Assembly: GCA_965205025.1 (NCBI GenBank)
Contig: CBDBFU010000020.1
Span: 160,001-224,000, forward strand
Length of the DNA stretch: 64,000 bases
Direction: 5' to 3'
Origin: Candidatus Poribacteria bacterium
GTDB lineage: Bacteria; Poribacteria; WGA-4E; WGA-3G
Part shown: piece by piece, positions 9,968 to 19,484 of the stretch
Numbering within the stretch: the first letter of the stretch is position 1
How the letters are laid out: each line of letters opens with the position of its first letter
Notes under the pieces: model-generated
Told to the model about the DNA's origin: nothing
The model's input: only the letters and a program-made list of their open reading frames with translations
Databases searched by the model: none
Translations under genes and position numbers: made by a program

Positions 9968-10115
9968 ATTGACCTACTGAATTTCTAATTACTTCACACC
10001 TCTACATATAAGTTGTCATAACATTTCTTACTAAGCACACCTCTTTGTAATTACATTGTGATATTTTGAAAACAGATCTCGCTCTTTCCTTTTCTACTTT
10101 AGTCCGTCATTAGCT

Positions 10116-11126
10116 ATGAATTGGTTGCGTTTTGGTAGTCCTGAATATCTTTATATTCTATGGTTGGGATTTCCAGTCATAGCACTTTTCCTAATTTACG
10201 GTTATTTTCGTAAGAAAAAGTCCTTCCTATTATTTCAAAGCAGTATCCCTTCAAACCTTTTTCTAAAATACAAAATTCGAGTATTATTATTACTGTTATG
10301 TTTTGTTTTAATGAGTTTGGGATTAACACGTCCACAATGGGGAGCAAAACCAGAGAGTGTTTCAGAAAGGTTAGATGTAATACTTGCTTTAGATATATCA
10401 ACAAGTATGCTTGCAAAAGACGTAAATTCAGATAGACGTCTTACACAAGCTAAACACATAATGTCAGACTTGTTAACTCAACTTGGTGGAAATAGGGTTG
10501 GGTTACTTTATTTTGCTGAGGAGAGTTTTATTGTATGTCCATTAACACATGATTTCCATACTCTAAGAGATTTTCTGCGTGCAATATCTCCTGAAACCAT
10601 TGTCCACAGAGGAACAAATATTAGTAAAGCGATCAATCTTGCATCTTCAAGATTGATTACTGATCAAAACGTACTAAATACAGGAGTAATTAATAAGAGA
10701 GCACATAAGGTCGTAGTCTTATTTACTGATGGTGAGGATCACAGTGTAGAGACACTTACAGAAGTAGATTCAGCTCTAACTTATGGTATACATACCTACT
10801 GCATTGGTGTTGGGTCAGCAGACAAACCAATTCCGATATTACTTCCTGATAATAATAAAGGATATAAACGGGATATGAATGGCCAATTGGTATTGACACA
10901 ATTAGATGAACAACATCTTAGGGATATCACAGCATCTGGTAATGGTCAATATTATCATGTTAATGAAGGGGTATCCAAATTGGTTTCTGATTTATCCAAG
11001 CTTGAAAAGCAAAAATATAGCATTCGATCAAATGGAGAATACCAAGATAGGTATCAATGGTTTGTAGGATTAGCTTTATTGTTGTTGGTATTGGAATTCC
11101 TAATACCGAGAATTTGGAAGACTTGA
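10116..11126 (+). CDS. VWA-domain membrane protein (BatA/BatB-like)
   Basis: N-terminal TM segments, RPQWG, MIDAS DISTSM, LFTDGED and a C-terminal YQWF-TM tail. Confidence 0.85.
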   Translation: MNWLRFGSPEYLYILWLGFPVIALFLIYGYFRKKKSFLLFQSSIPSNLFLKYKIRVLLLLLCFVLMSLGLTRPQWGAKPESVSERLDVILALDISTSMLAKDVNSDRRLTQAKHIMSDLLTQLGGNRVGLLYFAEESFIVCPLTHDFHTLRDFLRAISPETIVHRGTNISKAINLASSRLITDQNVLNTGVINKRAHKVVVLFTDGEDHSVETLTEVDSALTYGIHTYCIGVGSADKPIPILLPDNNKGYKRDMNGQLVLTQLDEQHLRDITASGNGQYYHVNEGVSKLVSDLSKLEKQKYSIRSNGEYQDRYQWFVGLALLLLVLEFLIPRIWKT

Positions 11127-11188
11127 GATAGTATGGGATGATGAGATTTGTGAATAAGAGGACAGAGATTAATAACTGAGTTATATGA

Positions 11189-12259
11189 TTATCCTGATTT
11201 TTTAAAGATCAATCCGTCAGGACGGAAACGCATCAATAATACCAGAATAACTCCAAAGATGAATATACGTGCACTTGAAAATTGAGGAATCTTAAGTAGT
11301 ATTTCACGTAAAATTTCACTTAAAGAACCAAGGAAAACTGCTCCAATGATTGCACCTCTAATACTCCCTTTCCCTCCAAGTATAACCATACATAGGATTA
11401 AAATTGATTCCCAAAATTCAAATGTCCTTGCACTAAGAATTCCCCAAAATGGAGCTAAGAATGCTCCACCGAGTCCTCCAATTGCTGCACTAATTGCAAA
11501 TGCGAGAGACTTATAACGACTTATATTGATACCCATACAAGAAGCGGCTTGTTCATCCTCTCGTATTGCAATCCATGCTCTTCCAACACGAGAATTCTTC
11601 AACCTGTATGTGACGAAAATAACTATGCCGATCAGAATAAGTATGTGGTAATAATGATGCCAATTTTGATATAACTCTATTTTGGTGGATGGTATTTTCA
11701 CGGATGGGATATTTTTAACAAAACCGTTAATGTCTTGAATTAACCAGATTTCATTTTTCACTGCAATACGGAGGAATTCTGCGAAACCAAATGTGACTAT
11801 TGCGAAATAATCCCCTGTCAAACGAAGTGTTGGTGCTCCTCGTATTAACCCCCAAAGACCACCATTCAATACAGCCAATGGAAGTACTATAAAATAACTA
11901 AACCCATGATGGGTCATCAAGAGACCTGCTGTGTATCCGCCAACAAGATAAAATGCAATATAACCAAGATCTAATAATCCTGTAAATCCACAAACAATGT
12001 TTAAACCTACAGCCAGTAAAATATAAACACAAACTTGGACAGAGATGTAGAGTATATATTCACCGCTCGGAAGAGGTATGAAGATATTTCGATCAGAGAA
12101 GAACTTTATAATAGAATCTATACCAAAAAGTATTGGTGGAAAGAACAGTACAATCAAGAATATGATGGCACGTGGTAGGGTAATATGATTTAGTATGAAT
12201 GAAAACTGGTTTTTTGAATATTCGAAGATATAATTGGGTGTTATTTTGTTTGACATCAC
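11189..12259 (-). CDS. livM: Branched-chain amino acid ABC transporter permease
   Basis: GLLDLGYIAFY, LRLTGDYFAIVTFGFAE, GRAWIAIREDE and RPDGL. Confidence 0.9.
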   Translation of the reverse strand: MMSNKITPNYIFEYSKNQFSFILNHITLPRAIIFLIVLFFPPILFGIDSIIKFFSDRNIFIPLPSGEYILYISVQVCVYILLAVGLNIVCGFTGLLDLGYIAFYLVGGYTAGLLMTHHGFSYFIVLPLAVLNGGLWGLIRGAPTLRLTGDYFAIVTFGFAEFLRIAVKNEIWLIQDINGFVKNIPSVKIPSTKIELYQNWHHYYHILILIGIVIFVTYRLKNSRVGRAWIAIREDEQAASCMGINISRYKSLAFAISAAIGGLGGAFLAPFWGILSARTFEFWESILILCMVILGGKGSIRGAIIGAVFLGSLSEILREILLKIPQFSSARIFIFGVILVLLMRFRPDGLIFKKSG

Positions 12260-12304
12260 TTTGAATCCGATTACACCAATCTATTTGTCTGTAAGGAATG
12301 TCTG

Positions 12305-13336
12305 CTAAGCACGGTGACCTGTGGATTTACCAAATAAACCTGTAGGACGTATTAAGATCACGATGATCATGACGATATATGAAATAGCAACCCGATATCC
12401 TGATCCATAACTATTTGATATCGTTCCAGCTTCATAATATTCACCGAGACCAATGTTCTTGGCTACAAATTCAATTATTGGGTCAATGTAACCCGCACCA
12501 AATACTTCTGCAAGTCCCATAAGAAGTCCACCCACCATAGCACCAGTAATATTACCAATTCCACCAAGAACAGCTGCTGCAAAGGCTGCCACCCCTTTAT
12601 AGTATCCCATGGTAGGTTCAATATATTCACGGACACCCACCATCACCCCTGCAATTGCACCTAATGCGGAGCCAATGGCAAAAGTAATTGCTATCACTTG
12701 ATTTGTCTTGATACCCATGAGATTTGCTGCAATGCGATTTTGTGCACATGCACGCATTGCTTTACCTATCTTTGTTAATGAGACAATACGGTTCAACCCA
12801 ACCATTAAGATGACAGCGAGAAGAATTATAGATAGATCAAGATAAGACAATGAAACATTTCCGGGAAATTTAATTGCTACATCGGTAAAGTTTATACCTA
12901 TAAACGAAAAGTATATATTTGGTTCTTCAAGCGGGGTAACTTGTTGTAGGAATGATGGAAGGGTTTCTTCGGGAAATGGTTGAGGTTTAGCACCCCAGAT
13001 AATTCTTGCGAGATTCTGTAGAGCAATTGATACCCCAATAGCAGTAATTAATGCTGATAGACGTGGGGCATTTCTTATAGGTCGGTAGGCTACATAATCC
13101 ATTAACAATCCGAATCCTGCACAAAAGAGCATGCTAATTGGTACAGCTACCCAGAAAGAGAAATGGAATATTGCGACTAATGTAAATGCAAAGTATGCAC
13201 CTAACATAAAAACTTCGCCATGGGCGAAGTTAATTAGTTGGATTATACCATAAACCATCGTATAACCGACAGCGATTAGAGCATAAATACCACCAAGAAC
13301 TAAACCGTTAATTAATTGTTGAAGAAATACATCCAT
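12305..13336 (-). CDS. livH: Branched-chain amino acid ABC transporter permease
   Basis: QQLINGLVLGGIYALIAVGYTMVYGIIQLINFAHGE and AAAVLGGIG. Confidence 0.92.
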   Translation of the reverse strand: MDVFLQQLINGLVLGGIYALIAVGYTMVYGIIQLINFAHGEVFMLGAYFAFTLVAIFHFSFWVAVPISMLFCAGFGLLMDYVAYRPIRNAPRLSALITAIGVSIALQNLARIIWGAKPQPFPEETLPSFLQQVTPLEEPNIYFSFIGINFTDVAIKFPGNVSLSYLDLSIILLAVILMVGLNRIVSLTKIGKAMRACAQNRIAANLMGIKTNQVIAITFAIGSALGAIAGVMVGVREYIEPTMGYYKGVAAFAAAVLGGIGNITGAMVGGLLMGLAEVFGAGYIDPIIEFVAKNIGLGEYYEAGTISNSYGSGYRVAISYIVMIIVILIRPTGLFGKSTGHRA

Positions 13337-13405
13337 ATAGGAATACCTTTTAGTAACGGATTTCTCTGACCACCCTTATTCTATTTTAAGGATTGGAAAG
13401 AGATA

Positions 13406-14608
13406 TTAGTTCTGTGATCCGATATTATACATCTGTTTCTCAGCTAACGTAAATTCACCATCTTTTACGATTTTTACATAGGCAGGTTTATTAACAGTAT
13501 CACCATTTATGTCAAAATAGGTCAATCCTGTGATACCTGTGTATCCCTCCTCTGGTGTATCTAATCCAGCTAAATGATCGCGTATTGCTTTTCGGTTTTC
13601 AGCGAGTGTTGCTTTACTGTTATATGTTTTCTCAATTGCTTCTGCAATCATACCCATTGCATCATAAGTTAGTGCTGCCCAGGTATCTGGTGGTACACCA
13701 AACTCAGCTTCAAATGCTTTTGCTACCTTTGCTGCTTCTTCTCCACCTGCACCAAACGTGAATGGTGTTGCCAAGTAAGTGCCATTTGCTGCAGCACCGG
13801 CATTTGTTATAAATTCTGGAGAATCAATTCCGTCAGCCCCAAAGAATTGTGCTGTGATACCCAGAGTTCGAGCTTGCTTAACAATTAAGGCTGCCTGTCC
13901 ATATAAACCTGAAATAAGAATTATATCTGGATTATCAGCATTTAGATTAGTGAGTTGTGCTGTATAATCAGTGGTATCCCTATCGTAGGCGTTTTCGGCT
14001 ACAACACTTAAACCTATTTTTTTAGCTTCCGCAACAAACCCGTCTCTTAATCCTCTCCCGTAATCATCATTCTCAAAAAGAATACCTACAGATTCATGTT
14101 CAGTTAAAAACTTCTTAATATATCCTGCTATAAAAGCGCCTTGGAAATCGTCACGGTATAGATTTCTGAAAGTCCAATCACTACCTTGACATACATCAAC
14201 ATTAGTTGAACCAGGGGACAATTCCACAATACCGTTTTCCTCATATATACCCTTGCCAGCTAAAGAACAAGAACTGTTAAAGTGTCCAACAACTGCCAGG
14301 ATACGTCTGTCAGTTGCAAAACGTGTCGCGACTGCTTTTGCCTCTTTCTCTGTCCCTACATCATCACCAAAAATGAGTTTAAGTTGCCTACCTCTAATGA
14401 CTTCACCCGCTTCATTAATTTCTTTAATACCACCTGCTTCATTAATTTCCTTTGCTTTAAGTTCTGCGCCGCGTTGTATCATCTCACCAAAAGCAGCTGC
14501 GTTTCCAGTAAATGGACCTGCTACAGCCACCCTTACTTGATTCCCTGAATCACAACTGAGTACAAATACAAAAGGCACTAATAGTAGTCCAATCAACCAA
14601 TTTCTCAT
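13406..14608 (-). CDS. Branched-chain amino acid ABC substrate-binding lipoprotein (LivJ/LivK family)
   Basis: Lipobox VLSC, VVGHFNSSCS and NDDYGRGL; upstream of livH. Contains a short duplication, EINEAGGIK-EINEAGE. Confidence 0.9.
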   Translation of the reverse strand: MRNWLIGLLLVPFVFVLSCDSGNQVRVAVAGPFTGNAAAFGEMIQRGAELKAKEINEAGGIKEINEAGEVIRGRQLKLIFGDDVGTEKEAKAVATRFATDRRILAVVGHFNSSCSLAGKGIYEENGIVELSPGSTNVDVCQGSDWTFRNLYRDDFQGAFIAGYIKKFLTEHESVGILFENDDYGRGLRDGFVAEAKKIGLSVVAENAYDRDTTDYTAQLTNLNADNPDIILISGLYGQAALIVKQARTLGITAQFFGADGIDSPEFITNAGAAANGTYLATPFTFGAGGEEAAKVAKAFEAEFGVPPDTWAALTYDAMGMIAEAIEKTYNSKATLAENRKAIRDHLAGLDTPEEGYTGITGLTYFDINGDTVNKPAYVKIVKDGEFTLAEKQMYNIGSQN

Positions 14609-14670
14609 TAATTCTTACTCCTTAATACTACAGTGACGATATTGTTGCAATGATAAAAATGTATGAATTC

Positions 14671-15429
14671 TTACTTCTCAGCAACAACTTGTCTGAAATC
14701 AAATTTAAACTTTAGTTTTTCTTGTTTATTTTTTGAGACAACAATACGAACTTCAGGAACAATTATTCGCATATCTGTTGTGTCAAGACCCAATTTATCA
14801 AATACTATATATCCACTACGTTTAGCCCCATGAAATAACTTGCCACTTTCAAAAAGACTATCTGCTACTATCGCATGTCCATCTTTCAACGCTTCCAGAT
14901 CTAAATAAGTCTGGTAGTATGGATAATATCTACGCACATAAGGATGGTGGCTTGGTGGAATGGCAGTTTGTCCATTGTTATCTATATTTTCATATAGATC
15001 CTTAAAGTAGTCATACGGGAGATTAGCGTATTGAGCACCACCATAATCAATAAGTAATGCAGATTCATCAACTAAGACACGAGAAGATTCAAGATTATGA
15101 ACTACTAATTCAAAAACTGTGTAAATTGGGGTTACGTTTCCATTATTTTCTACAATTATATATGGATTAATGCGTGGGTTCTCAGTTAAGGAGAAAAGTT
15201 CTACTTCGTCAAGTGGCCTTAGGGTAACCGCGACACCTTTTTGTACTATGGTTACTGCCCCTGTTTCAGGGTTCATTGATGTGTTAGTGGAACTTTCAAC
15301 AGGTTCAATGAAGACATCAATAGTCGGTTGTGGTGTCATTGCACAACCCACTATCAAACCGAGAAAGAATATCATAATTCCAGAATTCAAAACCAGTTTC
15401 AGAATATTGGCATTATTGGTATTTTTCAC
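14671..15429 (-). CDS. Hypothetical lipoprotein
   Basis: ORF 14671..15516. Start reassigned to GTG 15429 after GGAG, which removes the overlap. Hydrophobic stretch ending LIVGC. Confidence 0.7.
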   Translation of the reverse strand: MKNTNNANILKLVLNSGIMIFFLGLIVGCAMTPQPTIDVFIEPVESSTNTSMNPETGAVTIVQKGVAVTLRPLDEVELFSLTENPRINPYIIVENNGNVTPIYTVFELVVHNLESSRVLVDESALLIDYGGAQYANLPYDYFKDLYENIDNNGQTAIPPSHHPYVRRYYPYYQTYLDLEALKDGHAIVADSLFESGKLFHGAKRSGYIVFDKLGLDTTDMRIIVPEVRIVVSKNKQEKLKFKFDFRQVVAEK

Positions 15430-15469
15430 AACCTTCTCCCTCCAATTTGAGTGGTAGATTACATGTATT

Positions 15470-16747
15470 TTACATATTAGTATCTGTATTGTCAACCGTT
15501 TTAACAGTTTTTTCAAGCTTTATATATTGTGATGATATATTTGCAACAAGAACACCCCAAAAACATGAAATGACCATAGCAGTTATGGATAGAGCAATAC
15601 CAGGAATTGTCTTCACTCTACCAGGAATTATCTTCAGTATCAGAATTACAAACTTAAGGATACCTGCAGTACCACTCTTAGCTGATCGATATCCAAATGA
15701 ATCAATGATTTGTTTACAACGATATCTTTCGTCATAAGATAAAGGCATATAAAAGAGTTCTTTGCCTGCTCGAAATAGTGAATAATCTAATGCTTTGAAG
15801 GTTAGAAATGCCCTGGCACCAGTTTGAAGTGTAGGTTTAATAGATAGAATAAGTCCATTTAGTAGATGAATTGTTGGGATCAAAATATGTACGATTTTGA
15901 TTGATACTAACCGAAGGGCAAAAGGAACAACAACTAATTGTAATATTGCAGAAATTGCAGCAAGCCTTGCGTAGAAAATTCCGTAATATGAAGTCCTTGA
16001 ATCAGTTTCCGTGATTTCTACCTCAACAAATCTGTTGAATCGTAGATCAAGAACAGTAGAAATGACTTGCGTACTAATAACCAAAATTGCTATCATCAGC
16101 AAGTATTTTGACCTAAACAGTGTTCTAACCCCGAGATGTCCTAATTTTCCTCCTGCTTCTAACTCTGTAGGTTTTGGTTCACCGGCAAGTCTATATGCTA
16201 TGACTGCAAAAATTGCGGTTGGAATTAATGATATAGCAGCACCAAGTAGTAAGTTAATTGATCCAATTGATTCTGCATATATTCCTACCAGCCCTCCCCC
16301 CACAATAGCACCAGCTGAGGCGACAGCACAGAACGGTCCGTTAATTGTCTTTGCTTGCTTTGAGGTTAATGTGCTGTTTACGAATGACCAAATTTGTTCA
16401 ACAAGTATTACGATATATGCTTCACGAAAGACATATATGACAGCAGCAGCGAAACGGATTCCCATTGTTAAGGCTAAAAAACATGCAAAAATTAAACAAC
16501 TTGAAAAGAGTGAGGTGATTGCCAAAGCACGGGTTGCACCATAAGCTGAAAGTAAACGACCATAAAAATAGATAAATAGCAATACACTTGGGAATACAGC
16601 AATCCAAACCCATGGTAAGTTATCAGCAGTATAGTAAGTTACATATAGAGATGTCGAAACTGCCCGGATAAACTCATACCCACATAGGAGGAAACTTGCA
16701 GAAGCAGCAATCGCAAAGGCAGCAAAGAGAATTCTTCTTGGTAGCAT
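15470..16747 (-). CDS. MFS-fold NTT/TLC-like (Npt1/Npt2-type) nucleotide transporter homologue
   Basis: About 12 TM helices. Motifs YEFIR, QIWSFVNS...AK and KALDYSLFRAGKELFYMPL...YRCKQIIDSFGYRSAK resemble the ATP/ADP translocase-like family. Confidence 0.7.
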   Translation of the reverse strand: MLPRRILFAAFAIAASASFLLCGYEFIRAVSTSLYVTYYTADNLPWVWIAVFPSVLLFIYFYGRLLSAYGATRALAITSLFSSCLIFACFLALTMGIRFAAAVIYVFREAYIVILVEQIWSFVNSTLTSKQAKTINGPFCAVASAGAIVGGGLVGIYAESIGSINLLLGAAISLIPTAIFAVIAYRLAGEPKPTELEAGGKLGHLGVRTLFRSKYLLMIAILVISTQVISTVLDLRFNRFVEVEITETDSRTSYYGIFYARLAAISAILQLVVVPFALRLVSIKIVHILIPTIHLLNGLILSIKPTLQTGARAFLTFKALDYSLFRAGKELFYMPLSYDERYRCKQIIDSFGYRSAKSGTAGILKFVILILKIIPGRVKTIPGIALSITAMVISCFWGVLVANISSQYIKLEKTVKTVDNTDTNM

Positions 16748-16790
16748 TAATTCACGTGATGAAAATAGGAGAGCATTGTGACCTACATAG

Positions 16791-17618
16791 TTAGTTTATT
16801 GAATCTTCAGTTGGTCGAGGATTGTGTACCCAATGTCCACTTGGATCATCTCCACGTGTGATAATTGCCCGTTGGTTCCAGTTATTTGCAGCTTTTACTT
16901 CAGGTGGAACAAATCGCATTGTTAACCCACATCGTCGCCGGTCAGATGTGTTTGGTTCCGAACCATGTAGTAATAAATCTGAATGAAGTGAGAGTTGTCC
17001 TGCTTTCATCTCAAAAGGAACTGGACTACTACCATATTGTTCTGGGTCAATTACAGTTTGTCCTAATACATTCTTTTCTTCTGCAGTACTCCGTTCAAAT
17101 GCAATTTGTCCGTGCAGATGTGATTTCGGAATAACTGTCATTGCCCCATTTTCAACTGATGCATCGTCTATTGCTAACCATACGGTAACAGTTTTACTTG
17201 GTGACAAAGGCCAGTAAGAAGCATCTTGATGCCAACTGACCTGTTTCTCCTCTCCAGGCATCTTACAGAAGTAATGTGTCCCCCAACAGATTAGGTCTTT
17301 TCCAAGTAAATCTTGAACATAATCAGATATTCTTTCCTCTGTTACAAGATCATGAATAATGGCAGTTCGTGTATGCCAACCATTAATTGAATAACTATTA
17401 CCACCCTCAGCAAGAACTTTGTCCATAAGTTCGTTGAAGTATTCTCGATGTTGTGATATTTCATCATCTGTGAATACATCAAGTGGACAGATATAACCGT
17501 CATCATTAAAATGTTGAATCTGTTCATTGGTTAAGGTGGTGGGATTGTCATTTTTTACAGGAAAGAATTTCAGTTCTCTCTTGAGTTCTGGCATTGCATC
17601 TGTTATTGGCATTTTCAA
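16791..17618 (-). CDS. Phytanoyl-CoA dioxygenase (PhyH) family Fe(II)/2OG oxygenase
   Basis: WHQDASYW, TVWLAIDDASVENGAM and LLHGSEPNTSDRRR. Confidence 0.92.
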   Translation of the reverse strand: MKMPITDAMPELKRELKFFPVKNDNPTTLTNEQIQHFNDDGYICPLDVFTDDEISQHREYFNELMDKVLAEGGNSYSINGWHTRTAIIHDLVTEERISDYVQDLLGKDLICWGTHYFCKMPGEEKQVSWHQDASYWPLSPSKTVTVWLAIDDASVENGAMTVIPKSHLHGQIAFERSTAEEKNVLGQTVIDPEQYGSSPVPFEMKAGQLSLHSDLLLHGSEPNTSDRRRCGLTMRFVPPEVKAANNWNQRAIITRGDDPSGHWVHNPRPTEDSIN

Positions 17619-17678
17619 TCCTTTGTATACTACAGGAAGGATAAATTGTTATAATACTGTCTTGTGTAATGTAATGGC

Positions 17679-17707
17679 ATCATAGCCTATTTATCTTTAC
17701 CTGTCAA
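17679..17707 (-). promoter_or_regulatory. Putative sigma70 promoter for the PhyH gene
   Basis: Minus strand TTGACA-N17-TATGAT, about 60 nt upstream of the start. Confidence 0.6.
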
Positions 17708-17786
17708 GTATTTCAATATTGTAATAGAACACTAAGACATTTTATACAGATTCAGTGAGATAAGACATAATAAGGTATTAGCTACT

Positions 17787-19484
17787 TCATTGCGGTTTTA
17801 CGATACCATATCCTTCTTTTATGGTGAGTATTTGATTTGCTTGTATATTCTTATATATGTCTTTTCTACCAGTGGACCATTGTAACTCAAGAGTTTCAAT
17901 AGAAGTGTTCTTTCCCAATCCAATATTTGTTCTGAGATCATTTTGTGATAGATAGCTTGAACCGCTATGAATCTCTCTATATAATGTTAATTCTCCTGCC
18001 TTCACATATATTCGCGTACCGATACCAGATGTATTACTCTTTGTTCCAATAGCATTTATCTTGATCCAATTCTGTGAATTACCACCATCATTCCGTAGTA
18101 ATCTTGCAGGTTGATTTGAGTGATTGAGAAATACATCTAAATCCCCATCATTATCATAATCACCAAATGCTGCTGCGCGTCCAACTGTATTCGTCAAACG
18201 ATCTAATTCGGTTGTCTGTGAGATATTTTGAAAGGTATGTTTTCCATCTTGATAATTATTTTGAAAAAGAAGATCTACCTGCGGATATGTATCATCGGAA
18301 AACTGATGTATGTTATCCTGTAGATGTCCGTTACAAACATAGATATCCAATAACCCATCATTATTGAAATCGATAAATTCTACTGCCCATTTAAAATAAG
18401 GAAGCGTAATTGCACCAATTCCAGATGGAAATGAAGTGTCCTGAAAAAACTGTGCCTCTTCATTTCTAAATAAGATTACAGGTTGGGTTGAAGCATTGCT
18501 TACCAGTAAATCAAGAAATCCGTCATTATTATAATCCCCAAAAGCACTTCCCATTCCACTCCCTGGGATTCCACTATTGTCATAACCTGTACCAGTGAAA
18601 TCTGTAGTATCAGTAAATGTTCCATCTCTGTTGTTCTTATACAGTATATCGGGTTCCATATCATTAGCTACGTGTATGTCTGGATAGCCATCATTATTAT
18701 AATCCCCAACGGCTACTGCGAGACCAAGTGATCGATGTCGTATTCCAGCAGCTTTGGTTGTATCTGTGAATGTTCCGTCTCCGTTGTTTCTATAGAGTAT
18801 ATCTGGTTCACTCTGAAATTGAGTTCTATCCAGTTGATCAACTGGACTACAATATATTCGTCTACCACGTGATTCCCAACCACGGTCATTCTCAACAGAA
18901 TACTTCATATAGTTCACAACATATAAATCAATATATCCATCTAAATTATAATCAAGGAAAGCACAACCTGTTCCCCAACGTTTATCCCCAACCCCGGCTT
19001 GTTTAGTTACATCAGTAAAAGTCCTATTTGCATTATTGAGATAAAGGCGGTTCATTCCAAAATTTGATATAAATATGTCTATTAAACCATCGTTATTTAT
19101 GTCTGCTGCTGCACAACCAACACCATATCCAGGATCTCCAATTCCTGCTTCCTGAGTCTTATCAGTGAATGTACCATCACCATTGTTTCTATACAGCGAA
19201 TTAATTAGTAGATGATTATTGTGAGAACTGTTTTCTAATGGTGGAGAATTTGGTGGGATATTTGTAGCGTTAATTACATACAGATCGAGATGAGAATCAT
19301 TGTCATAGTCAAGAAACAGTGCTCCAGACCCCAATGTTTCAATTAAGTATTTCTCACCTGTTCGACCATCATAATGACTAAAGTTGATACCTGCCTTTTT
19401 TGTAACATCAGCAAATTTTACTTCAGAATGAAGGATAGGATTTATGACAACAAGACAGAATAGAATACATCGGAAACATCTCAT
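17787..19484 (-). CDS. CRTAC1/ASPIC-UnbV family protein with FG-GAP/VCBS repeats
   Basis: Repeated DYNNDG-x-D and LYRNNGDGTFTD motifs; C-terminal SGSSYLSQND...GLG (UnbV); signal peptide. Confidence 0.92.
   Translation of the reverse strand: MRCFRCILFCLVVINPILHSEVKFADVTKKAGINFSHYDGRTGEKYLIETLGSGALFLDYDNDSHLDLYVINATNIPPNSPPLENSSHNNHLLINSLYRNNGDGTFTDKTQEAGIGDPGYGVGCAAADINNDGLIDIFISNFGMNRLYLNNANRTFTDVTKQAGVGDKRWGTGCAFLDYNLDGYIDLYVVNYMKYSVENDRGWESRGRRIYCSPVDQLDRTQFQSEPDILYRNNGDGTFTDTTKAAGIRHRSLGLAVAVGDYNNDGYPDIHVANDMEPDILYKNNRDGTFTDTTDFTGTGYDNSGIPGSGMGSAFGDYNNDGFLDLLVSNASTQPVILFRNEEAQFFQDTSFPSGIGAITLPYFKWAVEFIDFNNDGLLDIYVCNGHLQDNIHQFSDDTYPQVDLLFQNNYQDGKHTFQNISQTTELDRLTNTVGRAAAFGDYDNDGDLDVFLNHSNQPARLLRNDGGNSQNWIKINAIGTKSNTSGIGTRIYVKAGELTLYREIHSGSSYLSQNDLRTNIGLGKNTSIETLELQWSTGRKDIYKNIQANQILTIKEGYGIVKPQ

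Noticed and set aside
14405-14452. 27-bp duplication in the LivK-like gene (EINEAGGIK-EINEAGE)
   Set aside because: Real but minor in-frame loop duplication at a surface position; noted in the feature and not treated as a system.
16011-16544. 177-aa plus-strand ORF and similar 60-140 aa ORFs opposite known genes throughout the window
   Set aside because: They lie fully antisense to or inside well-supported genes and show no motifs.
18500-19350. Recurrent DNA similarity that might suggest a repeat array or CRISPR
   Set aside because: These are coding FG-GAP repeats within the CRTAC1 gene; there is no constant repeat-spacer period and no cas genes.
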